Under the pieces are notes generated by a model. That model was given only the letters and a program-made list of their open reading frames with translations, was not told the origin of the DNA and made no database searches. A program made the position numbers and the translations under genes. Positions 51,496 through 63,429 of a stretch of 64,000 nucleotides of DNA are shown here, in pieces. The stretch is from Heterodontus francisci. Lineage: Eukaryota. The stretch covers positions 199,073,864 to 199,137,863 of the forward strand of contig NC_090375.1 in assembly GCF_036365525.1 (NCBI RefSeq). Reading direction: 5' to 3'. Each line of letters starts with the position of its first letter. Within the stretch, counting starts at the first letter, position 1.

Positions 51496-54400
51496 TGGTG
51501 ACCAGAACTGGATGCAAGACTCTAGATGTGGCCGAACCAGAGCTTTATAAAAGTTCAGCATAACTTCCCTGCTATTGTACTGAATACCTCTATTTATGAA
51601 GCCCAAGATCCCATATGCTTTGCTAGTTATGTCCTGCCACCTTCAAAGACCAGTGAACCCCCTCGGTCCCTCTGTCCCTGCACACTCTTTAGAACTGTGC
51701 CATTAAGTCTATATTACTTCTCCCTATCCCTTCTGCCAAAATGCACCTCCTCACACGTCTCTGTATTAAATAGAACCTGCCACTTGTCTGCCCATTCTGC
51801 TAGACTATCTATATCCTGTTGCAGGCAATTTGTATCATCCTCAGTGCCACGCCTCCAAGTTTGATGTTATCAGTAAATTTTGAAATTTTACTCTTTATTC
51901 CAATATCCGAGATATTTATATATATCAAAAAAGCAGTGGTCCTGGCACTGAACCTTGCCGAACACCACTATATACCATCCTCCAGTCTGAAAAAGCAACC
52001 ATTTACTATGACTCGCTGTTGTCTGACCTTGAGGCCAATTTTTTATCCACACTGACCCTCCTATTCCATGAGCCTCAATTTCGATAACCAGTCTTTCATA
52101 TGGTACTTTGACAAACGATTTCTTAAAATCCATATAGACAACATCCATTGCATTCCCTTGATCAACCTTCTCTGTTACTTCATCAAAACATTCAATTAGA
52201 TTAGTAAAGAATGATCTGCCTTTTACAAATCTTTGCTGGCTTTCCTTAATTAAGTCACACCTCTCCAAGTGCCTATTGATATTTTCCCTGATTATTGTTT
52301 CTGAAACCTTACCCACCACTGATGTGAAACTGATTGGCGTGTAGTTAGTAAGAATGTCCTTACACCCTTTCTTGAAGAAGGGTGTCACATTTGTCACTCT
52401 TCAATCCTCTGGTACCTTTCCCATATCTCGGGACGATTGGAAGATTATGGAAAGCCCTTCTGCTATCTTCACCCCAAATCCCTTAGCAACCTGGGGTGCA
52501 AGCCATCTGGGCGAGGTGACATATTCACTCTAAGCAGAGCCAATCTTTCCAGTACTCCTGCATATCAATTTGCACCTCATCCATTACCTCTACCATCGCT
52601 GCTTCTACTGATAGTTAGTCAGCATTCCCTTCCTTAGTAAACGCTGGTACAAAGTACTCATTAATTCTTCTAGCCTTGCTCTGAGCATATATCATCTTCT
52701 TTGTCCCTAAAAATGCCCACCACGTCTCTTACTACCTGTTTACTATTTACATGATGGTAGAAGATTTTGGCTTCCCTTTTATATTAACTGCCATTCTATT
52801 CTCATATTCTTTCTTTGCTACTCTTATTTTCTTCGCTGCACTTATTGAATTTAGCCTGGTTCTCACTTGAAGAATTCATCTTACATGCACTAAACACCCT
52901 ATTTTTTGTTTCATCATATTCATAATTTCTCGTCTTCCAAGGAGCCCTGCCTTTGGTTCCCCTACCTTTTCCCCTTGTTGGAATGTACACCTTTTCCTTA
53001 AACATCACCCATTGTCCCATTACAGTTTTTCCAGTCAGCCATAGAAAGATACAGCACTGAAACAGGCCCTTCGGCCCACCGAGTCTGTGCTGACCAACAA
53101 CCACCCATTTATACTAATCCTACATTAATCCCATACCACATCCCCACCATTCTCCTACCACCAATAGGGGCAATTTACAATGGCCAATTTCCTATCGACC
53201 TGCAAGTCTTTGGCTGTGGGAGGAAATGGAGCACCCGGTGGAAACCCACATGATCACAGGGAGAACGTGCAAACTCCGCACAGGCAGTACCCAGAATCGA
53301 ACGTGGGTCACTGGATCTGTGAGGTTGCGGTGCTAACCACTGCGCCGCCCAGTCTTTGGTTTCATTTTACCCTGGCAAAATCCTATTATACCATTGAAAT
53401 CAGCCCTCTTCCAAACTAGATTTTCTACTTCAGATTGTTCCTTGTTCTTCTCCATGACTAATCTAAATCTTGTGATGCGATGAACACTCTTACCCAAGTG
53501 TTGCCCCCACAGACTGTTGGTTTATTTGGGCCACATCTTCTGCAGCACCAGATCCAGCAATGCTTCCTTCCTAGTTGGACTGAGAACATTCTGGTCAATG
53601 AAGTTCTCCTGAGCACATTTCAGAAATTCCTTTCACTTATTTCCCTTTACTCTAACATTATCCCAATCGATATTTGGTTAATTAAAGTCCCACAATACCA
53701 CCACTCTATAGCTCTTGCACATCTCTGTGGTTACCCTGCAGATTTGTTCCTCTACCTATATGGAGGCCTATAGAATGCTTCTCAACTCTAATCAAATGGA
53801 TTCTGTCCTTGCCCCCTCAAGACGTCCTTTCTTCCCAACACCACAATGTCTTCCCTAGTCAGCACTGCCACCCACCTCCCTTTTTCCCTTCCCTATCTTT
53901 TCTGAACACTTTGTATCCTTGAATATTAAGTGTCCAGTCCTCACCATTTCTAAGCCATATTTCTGTTACTGCAACTACATCATATTCCCACATGGCTATT
54001 TGTGCTTGTAGCCCACCAAGCTTATTCATCACACTTTGTGCATTTACAGAGAAGCATTGTAAACCTGCTTTTGTATTCTTCATAGTCCTTCTTAGTCTGC
54101 TCCTATCTACTATAATACGACTTCATTTTCTAGTACTACCCAACATTCTCACTTTATACAACTTATTCCTCTTTTCTACTTCTATATGCTGGTGCCTATT
54201 CCCCTGTCCTGTTGAGGTGCAACCTATTCCATTTGAATAGGTGTCTCTTGCCCCAGAACTGGTACGAATACCCCAAGAATCTGAAGACCTCCCTCCTGCA
54301 CGATGCATTAATACTCCCTATGCGTGGCACTGGAATAATCCAGAAATTATTAGCTTTGATGTCCTACTTTTTAACTTCCTCCCTAGCTCCTGATATTCTG

Positions 54401-54560
54401 GCAGTAGAACTTCAATACCTGCCTTCTCTATGTTGTTGGTAGAAATGTGTGCCAGAACTTCTGGCTCATTCCTTTTCCCCTGCAGAATATTCACTGCCCT
54501 CTCCATGATGTCCTTTATCCTGACACCATGGACGCAACACATCATGTGGGAATCACAATT
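51496..54560 (-). mobile_element. Decayed CR1 LINE; its 3' part lies at ~48960-49135
   Basis: Minus ORFs 51888-52397 (RT), 53859-54083 (endonuclease) and 54318-54545 (ORF1 esterase-like). Confidence 0.75.
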
Positions 54561-54749
54561 GTAAGACGTTTGGATATCTCTTGTATTTTTTGTTATGCTG
54601 TGAGATATTTGTTAATATCTCCTGCATTTCTGTTCATAAGTGAAGTGTAACCTGTTGTGGCGTGGACCAGCATGTGGAACTCACCCGGTGGTAAAAATGT
54701 GGAAGCGAAAGAAATGGGGGTGTAGGGAGAAGATTTCTGACCAAAGACA

Positions 54750-56840
54750 TTTAAGGGGATATTTCAAAGTACACAGAATAGATACATTCCAACAAGAAAG
54801 AAAAATTCTAAGGGGAGGACCCATCATTCATGGTTAACTAAAAATGTTAACGATGGTATCAAACTTAAAGAAAAAGCCTATAATTATGCAAAGCTGGGTG
54901 GCAGGTCAGAAGATTAGACAGAATATAAAAAGCAGCAAAGAACCACTAAAAGATTAATAAGGAGGGAAAAATAGAGTACTTGAGAAAGCTGGTGAGAAAT
55001 ATAAAGACAGATAGTAAGGGTTTCTATACATATTTACAAAAAACAAAGTGACAATTGGTCCTATAGAAAGTGAGGCTGGAAAATTAGTAAGGGCAAATAA
55101 GGATATGGTAGATGAATTGAACAGGTATTTTGCATTGGTCTTCACCATACAGGATACAAGTAACATCCCAGAAATGGCTGTAAATCAGGAAATGAAAGGA
55201 AAGGAAAAACCCAAGAAAATTACAATCACCAGGGAAGTGGTACTGAGAAAATTGTTGGAGCTTCGGGCTGACAAGTCCCCGGGTCCTGATGGACTTCATC
55301 CTCGGGTCTTAAAAAAGTGGCTAGTGACAAAGTTGATACATTGGTTTTGATTTTCCAAAATTCCCTAGATTTGGGGAAGGTTCCATTAGATTAGAAAATA
55401 GCCAATGTAACTACTTTATTCAAAAAGGGAGGGAGACAGAAAGCAGGAAACTACAGGCCAGTTAGCTTAATACCTGACATAGGGAGAATGCTAGAAGCTA
55501 TTATTAAAGAACTTATAGCAGGGCATCTAGAAAAGTTGAAGGTAATCAGGTAGATTCAAGATGGCTTTGTGAAAATTGTTTAACCTATTTATTGGACTTC
55601 TTTGGAGAAGTAACATGTGCTCTGGATAAAGGGGAACTGGTGGATGGAATGTACTTAAATTTCCAGAAGGCATTTGATAAGATGCCACATCAAAGGTTAT
55701 TGCGGAAAATAAAAGCTCATGGTGTAGGGGGTAACATTTTGGCCTGGATAGAAGATTGGCTAGCTATCAGGAAACAGAAAGTAGGCATAAAGGGGTCATT
55801 TTCTGGTTGGCAAGATGTAATGAGTGGTGTGCCACAGGGATCAGTGCTGGGGCCTCAACTTTTTACAGTTTAGATAAATGACTTAGATGAAGAGACCGAA
55901 GGTATGGTTGCTAAATTTTCTGCTGACACAAAAAAAGGTAGGAAAGTAAGTGAAGAGGACATAAAGAGGCTACAAAGGGATAATGATAGGTTAAGTGAGT
56001 GGGCTAAGATCTGGCAAATGGAATATAATGTGGGAAAGTGTGAAATTGTCCATTATGGCAGGAAGAATAAAAGGAAGCATATTATCTAAATGCTGAGAGA
56101 TTGCAGAGCTCTGAGATGCAGAGGGATCTGGGTGTCTTAGTGCATGAGTCACAAAAGATTAGTATGCAGGTACAGCAAGCAATGAGGAAAGCTAATAAAA
56201 TGCCACCACTTTTTGCGATGGAAATTGAATACAACAATAGGGAGGTCATGCTTCAGCTATACAGGGGATTGGTGTGACCACATCTGGAGTACTGTGTACA
56301 GAATTGGTCTCCTTTTTTAAGGGAGGATGTAAATGCATTGGGAGCAGTTCAGAAAAGGTTTAACAGAGTAATACCTGGAATGGGCTGGTTGTCTTATGAG
56401 GAAAGGTTAGACAAGCTTAGGCTTGTATCCACTGGGGTTTAGAAGAGTAAGAGGTGACAATTGAAACATATAAGATTCTGAGGGGTCTTGACATGGTGGA
56501 TGCGGAAAAGATGTTTTCTCTTGTGAGAGAATCTGGAGGTCACTGTTTAAAAATACAGGGTCGCCCATTGAAGACAGAGATGAGGAGAATGTTTTTCTCT
56601 CATGGGTTCGTGAGTTTTTAGAACTGTTGCTCAAAAGACGGTGGAAGCAGAGTCTTTGAATATTTCTAGGGCAGAGTTAGATAGATTCTTGATAAGCAAG
56701 GGGGTGAAAGGTTATCTGGGGTAGACAGGAATGTGGAGTTGAGGTAACAATCAGATCAGCCATGATCTTACTGAATGGTGGAGCAGATTCGAGGGGCTGA
56801 GTGGCCTACACCTGCTCCTAATTCGCATGTTCATGTGTTC
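54750..56840 (+). mobile_element. CR1 LINE
   Basis: DKSPGPDGLHPRVL and GVPQGSVLGPQLF motifs plus 3' tail. Confidence 0.85.
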
Positions 56841-56952
56841 AGTGGGATGGAGTGCCTGACCCATCAATATCTGAGCCTGCGGGCCCAAACTCAGCTATCT
56901 GTCAATGACTGAGGAATATGCTGCCCAGGGGATCAGGTTTAGCAGTGAAGCA

Positions 56953-57167
56953 AAAACAAGAAATGCTGGATTCACTCAGCAGGTCTGGCAGCATCTGTAG
57001 AAAGAGAAGCAGAGTTAACGTTTCGGGTCAGTGACCCTTCTTCGGGTCACTGACCCGAAACGTTAACTCTGCTTCTCTTTCTACAGATGCTGCCAGACCT
57101 GCTGAGTGAATCCAGCATTTCTTGTTTTTGTTTCAGATTTCCAGCATCCGCAGTATTTTGCTTTTAT
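56953..57167. mobile_element. PLE fold-back fragment
   Basis: Near-perfect hairpin centred near 57040; TSD TTTAGCAGTGAAGCA at 56938-56952 and 57168-57182. Confidence 0.8.
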
Positions 57168-57504
57168 TTTAGCAGTGAAGCAGTTGTGCTGGAAGGGTTT
57201 TTTAGCCAATATAGGAAGGACCCTCCATGCAGTTGTTGAGGTGACAAGGGGCCTCAGTCGCCTTTCTCCTCAAATAAACTAGATAATGAAAGAAAGTGGA
57301 TGCTACCTGGGAATCTGGATGACACAGTCACAGTGACCATTAGCTTTCTTGAACCACTGCAGTGTGTGTGGTGAAGGTGCTCCCGCAGTGCTCTCACGCC
57401 GGAAGGTCTAGGATTTTGACCCATTGCTTTCATAAATCCCCTGAAAAAGTGCTTGTGTAATTCAATGGAGATTTTAATCCACGTAAAAAATAATGAATAC
57501 ATGT

Positions 57505-60500
57505 TGTTACGCCCAGGTGAGCAATCTGCCTAGGGTTTCTCTTGCTCTCTTCACCTGGTTTTATTGTAACAGAGTTTAATTTTAATTTGAGCTCCCCTTT
57601 TTTTGTAAATCCATGTTCACAGAAAGTCTTGGCCAGGCAGACCGGATGGTCATCTGCCTGCAGTGTTAATGCAGTCTGCTCTGGGGGAACTGGTTTAATC
57701 ATAGCCTGACCCATTATACATTCAGGGACTCTGCAGGAGACCGTCTCCTGCCACTGCCCTGTCCCTCTGACCTCCTGCGGTCTTTCTTTCCCTACTGGGG
57801 GGGGGCTACCACCTTCACCCCTGCCAGATCATTACCTAAGAGCAGGTCAACCCCGTCCACAGGCAAGCTAAGGACAAACTTTATGGTCACTGGTCCTGAA
57901 ACTAGGTCGCACTCCAGGTGCACCCGGTGTAAAGGTACAGGCATACGCTGCCCTCCAATACCATTCACCACCATTTTGGTGTTCACTGCACTCTCTGGGG
58001 GAATGGTCAGGCCTTTTGCCAGCAAAAGAGATCTGGTGGACCCTGGGTTCCTGAGAATCACTATGGGCTTGCTTGCCCCATTTGAGGGATATGGGGTTAC
58101 TTTCCCTTCAGATACAAAACCCTGATCACCTTCAGGAATTCTATCAACTTTTCTGGCACTGGACACAGTAAGCTTCCTGGGTAGTACCCTTATTGCAGTC
58201 GCAGCCTCAGCCTGTTCCATGTTTTCCATCAGGCCCTTGTTTCACTGAGCAGGTGTGCCATGATTAACCCTATCGGTTTCCTCTTTAATTTCCAGCAGTC
58301 AGCTTTTAAATGTCCTGCCTTGTTACCGTGGAAGCACACAGGTCTCCAGTCTCACTTTTTTTTATTCATTCATGGGATGTGGGCATCGCTGGCTAGGCCA
58401 GCATTTATTGCCCATCCTTAATTGCCCTTGAGAAGGTGGTGGTGAGCTGCCTTCTTGAACTGTTGCAATCCATGTGGAGTAGGTACACCCACAGTGCTGC
58501 TCGGAAGAGAGTTCCAGGATTTTGACCCAGCGACAGTGAAGGAACGGCGATATAGTTTCAACTCAGGATGGTGTGTGACTTGGAGGGGAACTTGCAAGTG
58601 GTGGTGTTCCCATGAATTTGCTGCCCTTGTCCTTCGAGTTGGTAGAGGGTGCAGATTTGGAAGGTGCTGTCTAAGGAGCTTTGGTGCGTTGCTGCAGTGC
58701 ATCTTGTAGATGGTACACACTGCTCCCACTGTGCATCGGTGGTGAAGGGAGTGAATGTTTGTGGATGGGGTGCCAATCAAGTGCATTAATTTGTCCAGGA
58801 AAGGGTCGAGCTTCTTGAGTGTTGTTGGAGCTGCAGCCATCCAGGCAAGTGGAGAGTATTCCATCACACTCCTGACTTGTGGCTTGTAGATGGTGGACAG
58901 GCTTTGGGGAGTCAGGAGGTGAGTTACTCGCCTCAGGATTCTTAGCCTCTGACCTGCTCTTGTAGTCACGGTATTTATATGGCTACTCGAGTTCAATTTC
59001 TGGTCAATGGTTGCCCCTAGGATGTTGATAGTGGGGGATTCAGTGATGGTAATGCCATTGAATTTCAAGGGAAGGTGGTTAGATTCTCTCTTGTTGGAGA
59101 TGGTCATTGCCTGACACTTGTGTGGCACGAATATTACTTGCCACTTATCAGTCCAAGCCTGGATATTGTCCAGGTCTTGCTGCATTTCTACATGGACTGC
59201 TTCAGTATCTGAGGAGTTGGGATGGTGCTGAACATTGTGCAATCATCAGCGAACATCCCCACTTCTGACCTTATGATTGAAGGAAGGTCATTGATGAAGC
59301 AGCTGAAGATGGCTGGGCCTAGGACACTACCCTGAGGAACCCCTGCAGTGATGTCCTGGAGCTCAGATGATTGACCTCCAACAACCACAACCATCTTCCT
59401 TTGCATTAGGTCTGACTCCAGCCAGCAGAGAGTTTTCCCCTTGATTCCCATTGACTTCAGTTTTGCGAGAGCTCCTTGATGTCAGCACCTTCCTTTTTTG
59501 CTGGAGGTGTGCACTTGTGTCTCCTGCTTTCCTTTTCCTTCCAGGACTGCCTGGGCCTCTATCACCTTCCCATCCCTTGTCCTTTCCAGATTTGTGGGGG
59601 TTCTCCCTGGGAAACCAACTTATTGATTAAAGAAAATTCATTGGCCATAACGGCTGCTTGCTGTCCTCCCTGAACCTGCTGCTCCTCGACCTGAGTTTTT
59701 ATTGAGAATGGGAGAGAGTTTTTAAATTCCTCTATATTGGCCATGCTTTCACTAGGGTTACTTTGTCGCGCCCCGAGTTAACTCAAGCTGTCGTAACTCT
59801 CTTTCTTCAGATTCTTTCTGGAATACCCTTTCTCTCTCTCGCTCCTCTCTCTTTCTTTCCTTATTCTGTCTTTCTTTCTCTCTCTCTCTCTCTCGTTCCC
59901 TCTCCTGTCTTTGTTTTTCATCACGTTCTATTTGGAAGGCTCTTTCTTTCTCCTTTCCCTGCCTCTCTCTTTCTCCTGTCTCTCTCTTTCTTTTTCCTCT
60001 AATTCAAGTTTCCTTTATTCCAATTGTATCTTTGCTAGGAGTAACCTGTCTGGGTCTGAACAAGAACAAAGAACAAAGAACAGTACAGCACAGGAACAGG
60101 CCAATCGGCCCTCCAAGCCTGCGCCAATTTTGATGCCTGCCTAAACTAAAACCTTCTGCACTTCTGGGGACCATATCCCTCTATTCCCCTCCGATTCATG
60201 TATTTGTCAAGATGCCTCTTAAACGTCGCTATTGTACCTGCTTCCACCACCTCCTCCGGCAGCAAGTTCCAGGCACTCACCACTCTCTGTGTAAAGAACT
60301 TGCCTCGCACATCCCCACTAAACTTTGCCCCTCGTACCTTAAACCTATGTCCCCTGGTAACTGACTCTTCCACCCTGGGAAAAAGCTTCTGACTATCCAC
60401 TCTGTCCATGCCGCTCATAACTTTGTAAACCTCTATCATGTCACCCCTCAACCTCTGTCGTTCCAGTGAAAACAATCCACGTTTATCCAACCTCTCCTCA

Positions 60501-61929
60501 TAGCTAATGCCCTCCAGACCAGGCAACATCCTGGTAAACCTCTTCTGTACCCTCTCCAAAGCCTCCACGTCCTTCTGGTAGTGTGGCGACCAGAATTGCA
60601 CGCAATATTCTAAGTGTGGCCTAACTAAAGTTCTGTACAGCTGCAGCATGACTTGCCAATTTCTATGATCTATGCCCCGACCGATGAAGGCAAGCATGCC
60701 ATATGCCTTCTTGACTACCTTATCCACCTGCGTTGCTTCTAACACTGCTTCTGCTTCATCAGATTCATGCAAAAAATGGCCGGTTACTCACCTTAATAGT
60801 TCAGACTTACTAGCCTGGCCATGTACAGTGACCCCACACTGCTCAGTCATTTTCCTCAACTCCTCCATAAACAGTGCTTTGAACTTATCCCAAGTTACTT
60901 CACCCTGGCTTGGGGAGCTACTCGTGCAGACATGTTAGTATACAATCACACACAACCACAAGAAAACCTGTAACAATTTGTTCTTTTTGATTGGGAACAA
61001 TTTGGCTTCCCACTTCAATTTTCACTCATTTGTCTGTGGGTAACAGTCCGGACACTAGCACCCAATTTCTGTTATGACCAGGTGAGAAATGTGTCTGGGG
61101 GGGGGGGGGGGGGGGGGGGTGGGTCTCTCACTGTCTTCACCTGGTCTTCATTGTAACAGTGTTTAATTTTAAACACACTATGTTTTGTCTCCTTTATTTA
61201 TAAATCCGTGTTCACAGTTTCCAATTATCAGGCAAATAACTGAGCACAAGGAGGCTTTCTTTGGTTTAAAGCAGAAAGAGGAAATTTATTAAACCTTAAA
61301 CATAACTTGAATATGGTTCACACCTGCAGATATGCCACATGCTCACGATAGCAAACATACACACGTGATACAAACATGCACGATAGGGACTGAAAAGAGT
61401 AGAAGAGATATGTAGAACAGTTTGGGGCAATATTTTGTTACTGTTTCATGAGCTTGCTGTAGTCATTGATTGAAGTTATATTCTTGCGTTTCATTGGGGC
61501 CCAGTAATCTTCGTAAAACTTTGCTCATGTGGCAAACCTTTCTCTCTTTTAGTTTCATGTATCTTCAATGGTTTCAGTTCCCTGAGAGATCGGCAGGCAG
61601 ACAGGAGGTGTTCTTAGTTCCAGGAGAGCACACGCGTTCTAACTGGAAAATCCTTTGTTTGGGAGTTCAAATTCAAAAACCTCCCAGGGTGCTCAGTAAG
61701 TTAGTCATGTAACTAGCGCTTTATGTGGAACAGTCTCTTCACATCCAGTAGAATTGATTTGACTACTTCTATGTATTGGAAAACAGGGACTGCCTCCCCT
61801 TGGTTTCCACATTGTTTTGTAGTTATGCAAATGCTCGTCCAGTCAGAGATTGCATCTTTTTAAAGTAATAATGTTCATGTGGCGACATCAATGCGTGCCT
61901 CCGTCTTGGTAGGTGGGGTTTGCCTGACA
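57505..61929 (-). mobile_element. Gmr1-like Gypsy LTR element inserted upstream of V7
   Basis: TG..CA termini; ATGT TSD at 57501-57504 and 61930-61933; LTR 61070-61929 and a truncated LTR from 57505; degenerate tRNA-Pro-like PBS at ~61046-61065; gag/protease remnants; nested LINE 58356-59481 and CR1 60062-60737. Confidence 0.85.
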
Positions 61930-62105
61930 ATGTAACATTAGAAGTCTGACTGAAAGGCGTGACTTGTGTCAGATGCGACAAAAATACCAGTAGAGAGCAG
62001 TATGAACATGAAGTTGAGTCACACGCGGAATGTTGTGTTAGAGTCATTGCCCTATATATTTTATCCAGATATTAATACAAGTGCCTCACACCTCAGACAG
62101 GCAAC

Positions 62106-62532
62106 ATGTTGTTGTGTTGGGTTGTTTTCGTGACATTTTTTCCACGTAAATGGATTTAATCTTTAAGTACATTTCATTTGTTTTCTTCAGACTGTAAAAC
62201 TATTTGTAATCTGGTATTTCTTTCCCCACAGATGGACGTTTTGCTCAGCATTTGAAACAGAAACAACTATCAGTGACAGCGGGAACGGGGATACATCCTG
62301 CAATTATGTGTGAGCTGGGTGAATCAGTCAGTGCTTCCGTTATCCACTGGTACAAACAGGCAGCGGGACAGCAGCCCGTTCGGATTCTCTACTACGATGG
62401 GAATGTTCGTCGGGATAACGGATTCGATCAAAGGTTTTCAGCAGAGAAGACTGCATACAAACAATACGCTCTACGTATTAGCGATGTAAAAGCAGAGGAT
62501 GCCGCCACCTATTACTGTGCCTATTGGAAACA
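62106..62532 (+). CDS. TRGV: TCR gamma-like V segment V7, paralog of V5 (leader 62106-62145, V exon 62232-62532)
   Basis: Same leader exon peptide as V5. HGRFA-QHLKQKQLSVTAGTGIHPAIMC..IHWYKQ..DAATYYCAYWK, open frame. Confidence 0.88.
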
Positions 62533-62571
62533 CACACAGTTAAACAGCAATTCAATCCGCTTACAAAAACC
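62533..62571 (+). other. 23-RSS of V7 (non-consensus heptamer)
   Basis: CACACAG, 23 nt, ACAAAAACC. Confidence 0.8.
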
Positions 62572-62854
62572 CTCAACGCTGCAATTCAAACATCACCAAA
62601 ACCACATCCGACTCACAACTGAAAACTGCCGAAATCCAACTCCTTCAGTTAAAGGTTTACTCTCTCGCATATCATAAAAATTACACAAAGTAAACAGCTA
62701 CCCTCACCGTGCCGTTCATTCCTTTACCTTTAGATCCGACATGGAACATCACAGGAGAAGAGGACACAGACAGTGCAATCGGGTGAAATGTCCTGTTGAT
62801 TTTCCCCACAGACGGTAGCCAGGCGGTGCCCAGCACGGCACTGACCCTGTCTGA

Positions 62855-62952
62855 AATAAAAACAAGAAATGCTGGAATCACTCAGCAGGTCTGGCAGCAT
62901 CTGTGGAAAGAGAAGCAGAGTTAACGTTTCGGGTCAGTGACCCTTCTTCGGA
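62855..62952 (-). mobile_element. 98-bp PLE terminal fragment 3' of V7
   Basis: Absent from the V5 copy; TSD ACCCTGTCTGA at 62844-62854 and 62953-62963. Confidence 0.8.
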
Positions 62953-63429
62953 ACCCTGTCTGAGTCTTTCTCACCCATCACCCCATTGTTTTCCAGCCGC
63001 AATTGGTTCTCTGGCCCCAAAACAATCGAACTGGAAATCTTGATCTTCATTTCTAAATCCTCCTCTATCCTACCTCTCCAACCTTCCCCACTTTATATCC
63101 CGGGACATGTTATTTGGTCCTCCCACACTGGCCTCTTGTTCCTCACTGCTCCATCATCTTTCAACCACTGAAGTCTACACGTTGGGATTGTTGCTACCTT
63201 TCTTAGAAACTATCTTTTTGACTCTTTACAAATGAAACATAACTGCTTCACTTTTCAGCGGTCTCTGTTCACGCTTCCACTCCTGTCTAACTGTCATTTC
63301 TCCTTTACTAGCACATTGGTGCTACTATAAAATTAAATGCAAGTGATTAAGAATATAGGAACATGAAAAGACCATCCAGCCCCATGTGCTTACTCCACTA
63401 TTCAATTAGATCATGGCTGATCTATATTT

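Noticed and set aside
61097-61123. Long G run as a functional G-quadruplex
   Set aside because: Homopolymer expansion inside an LTR; its length may be a sequencing artefact.
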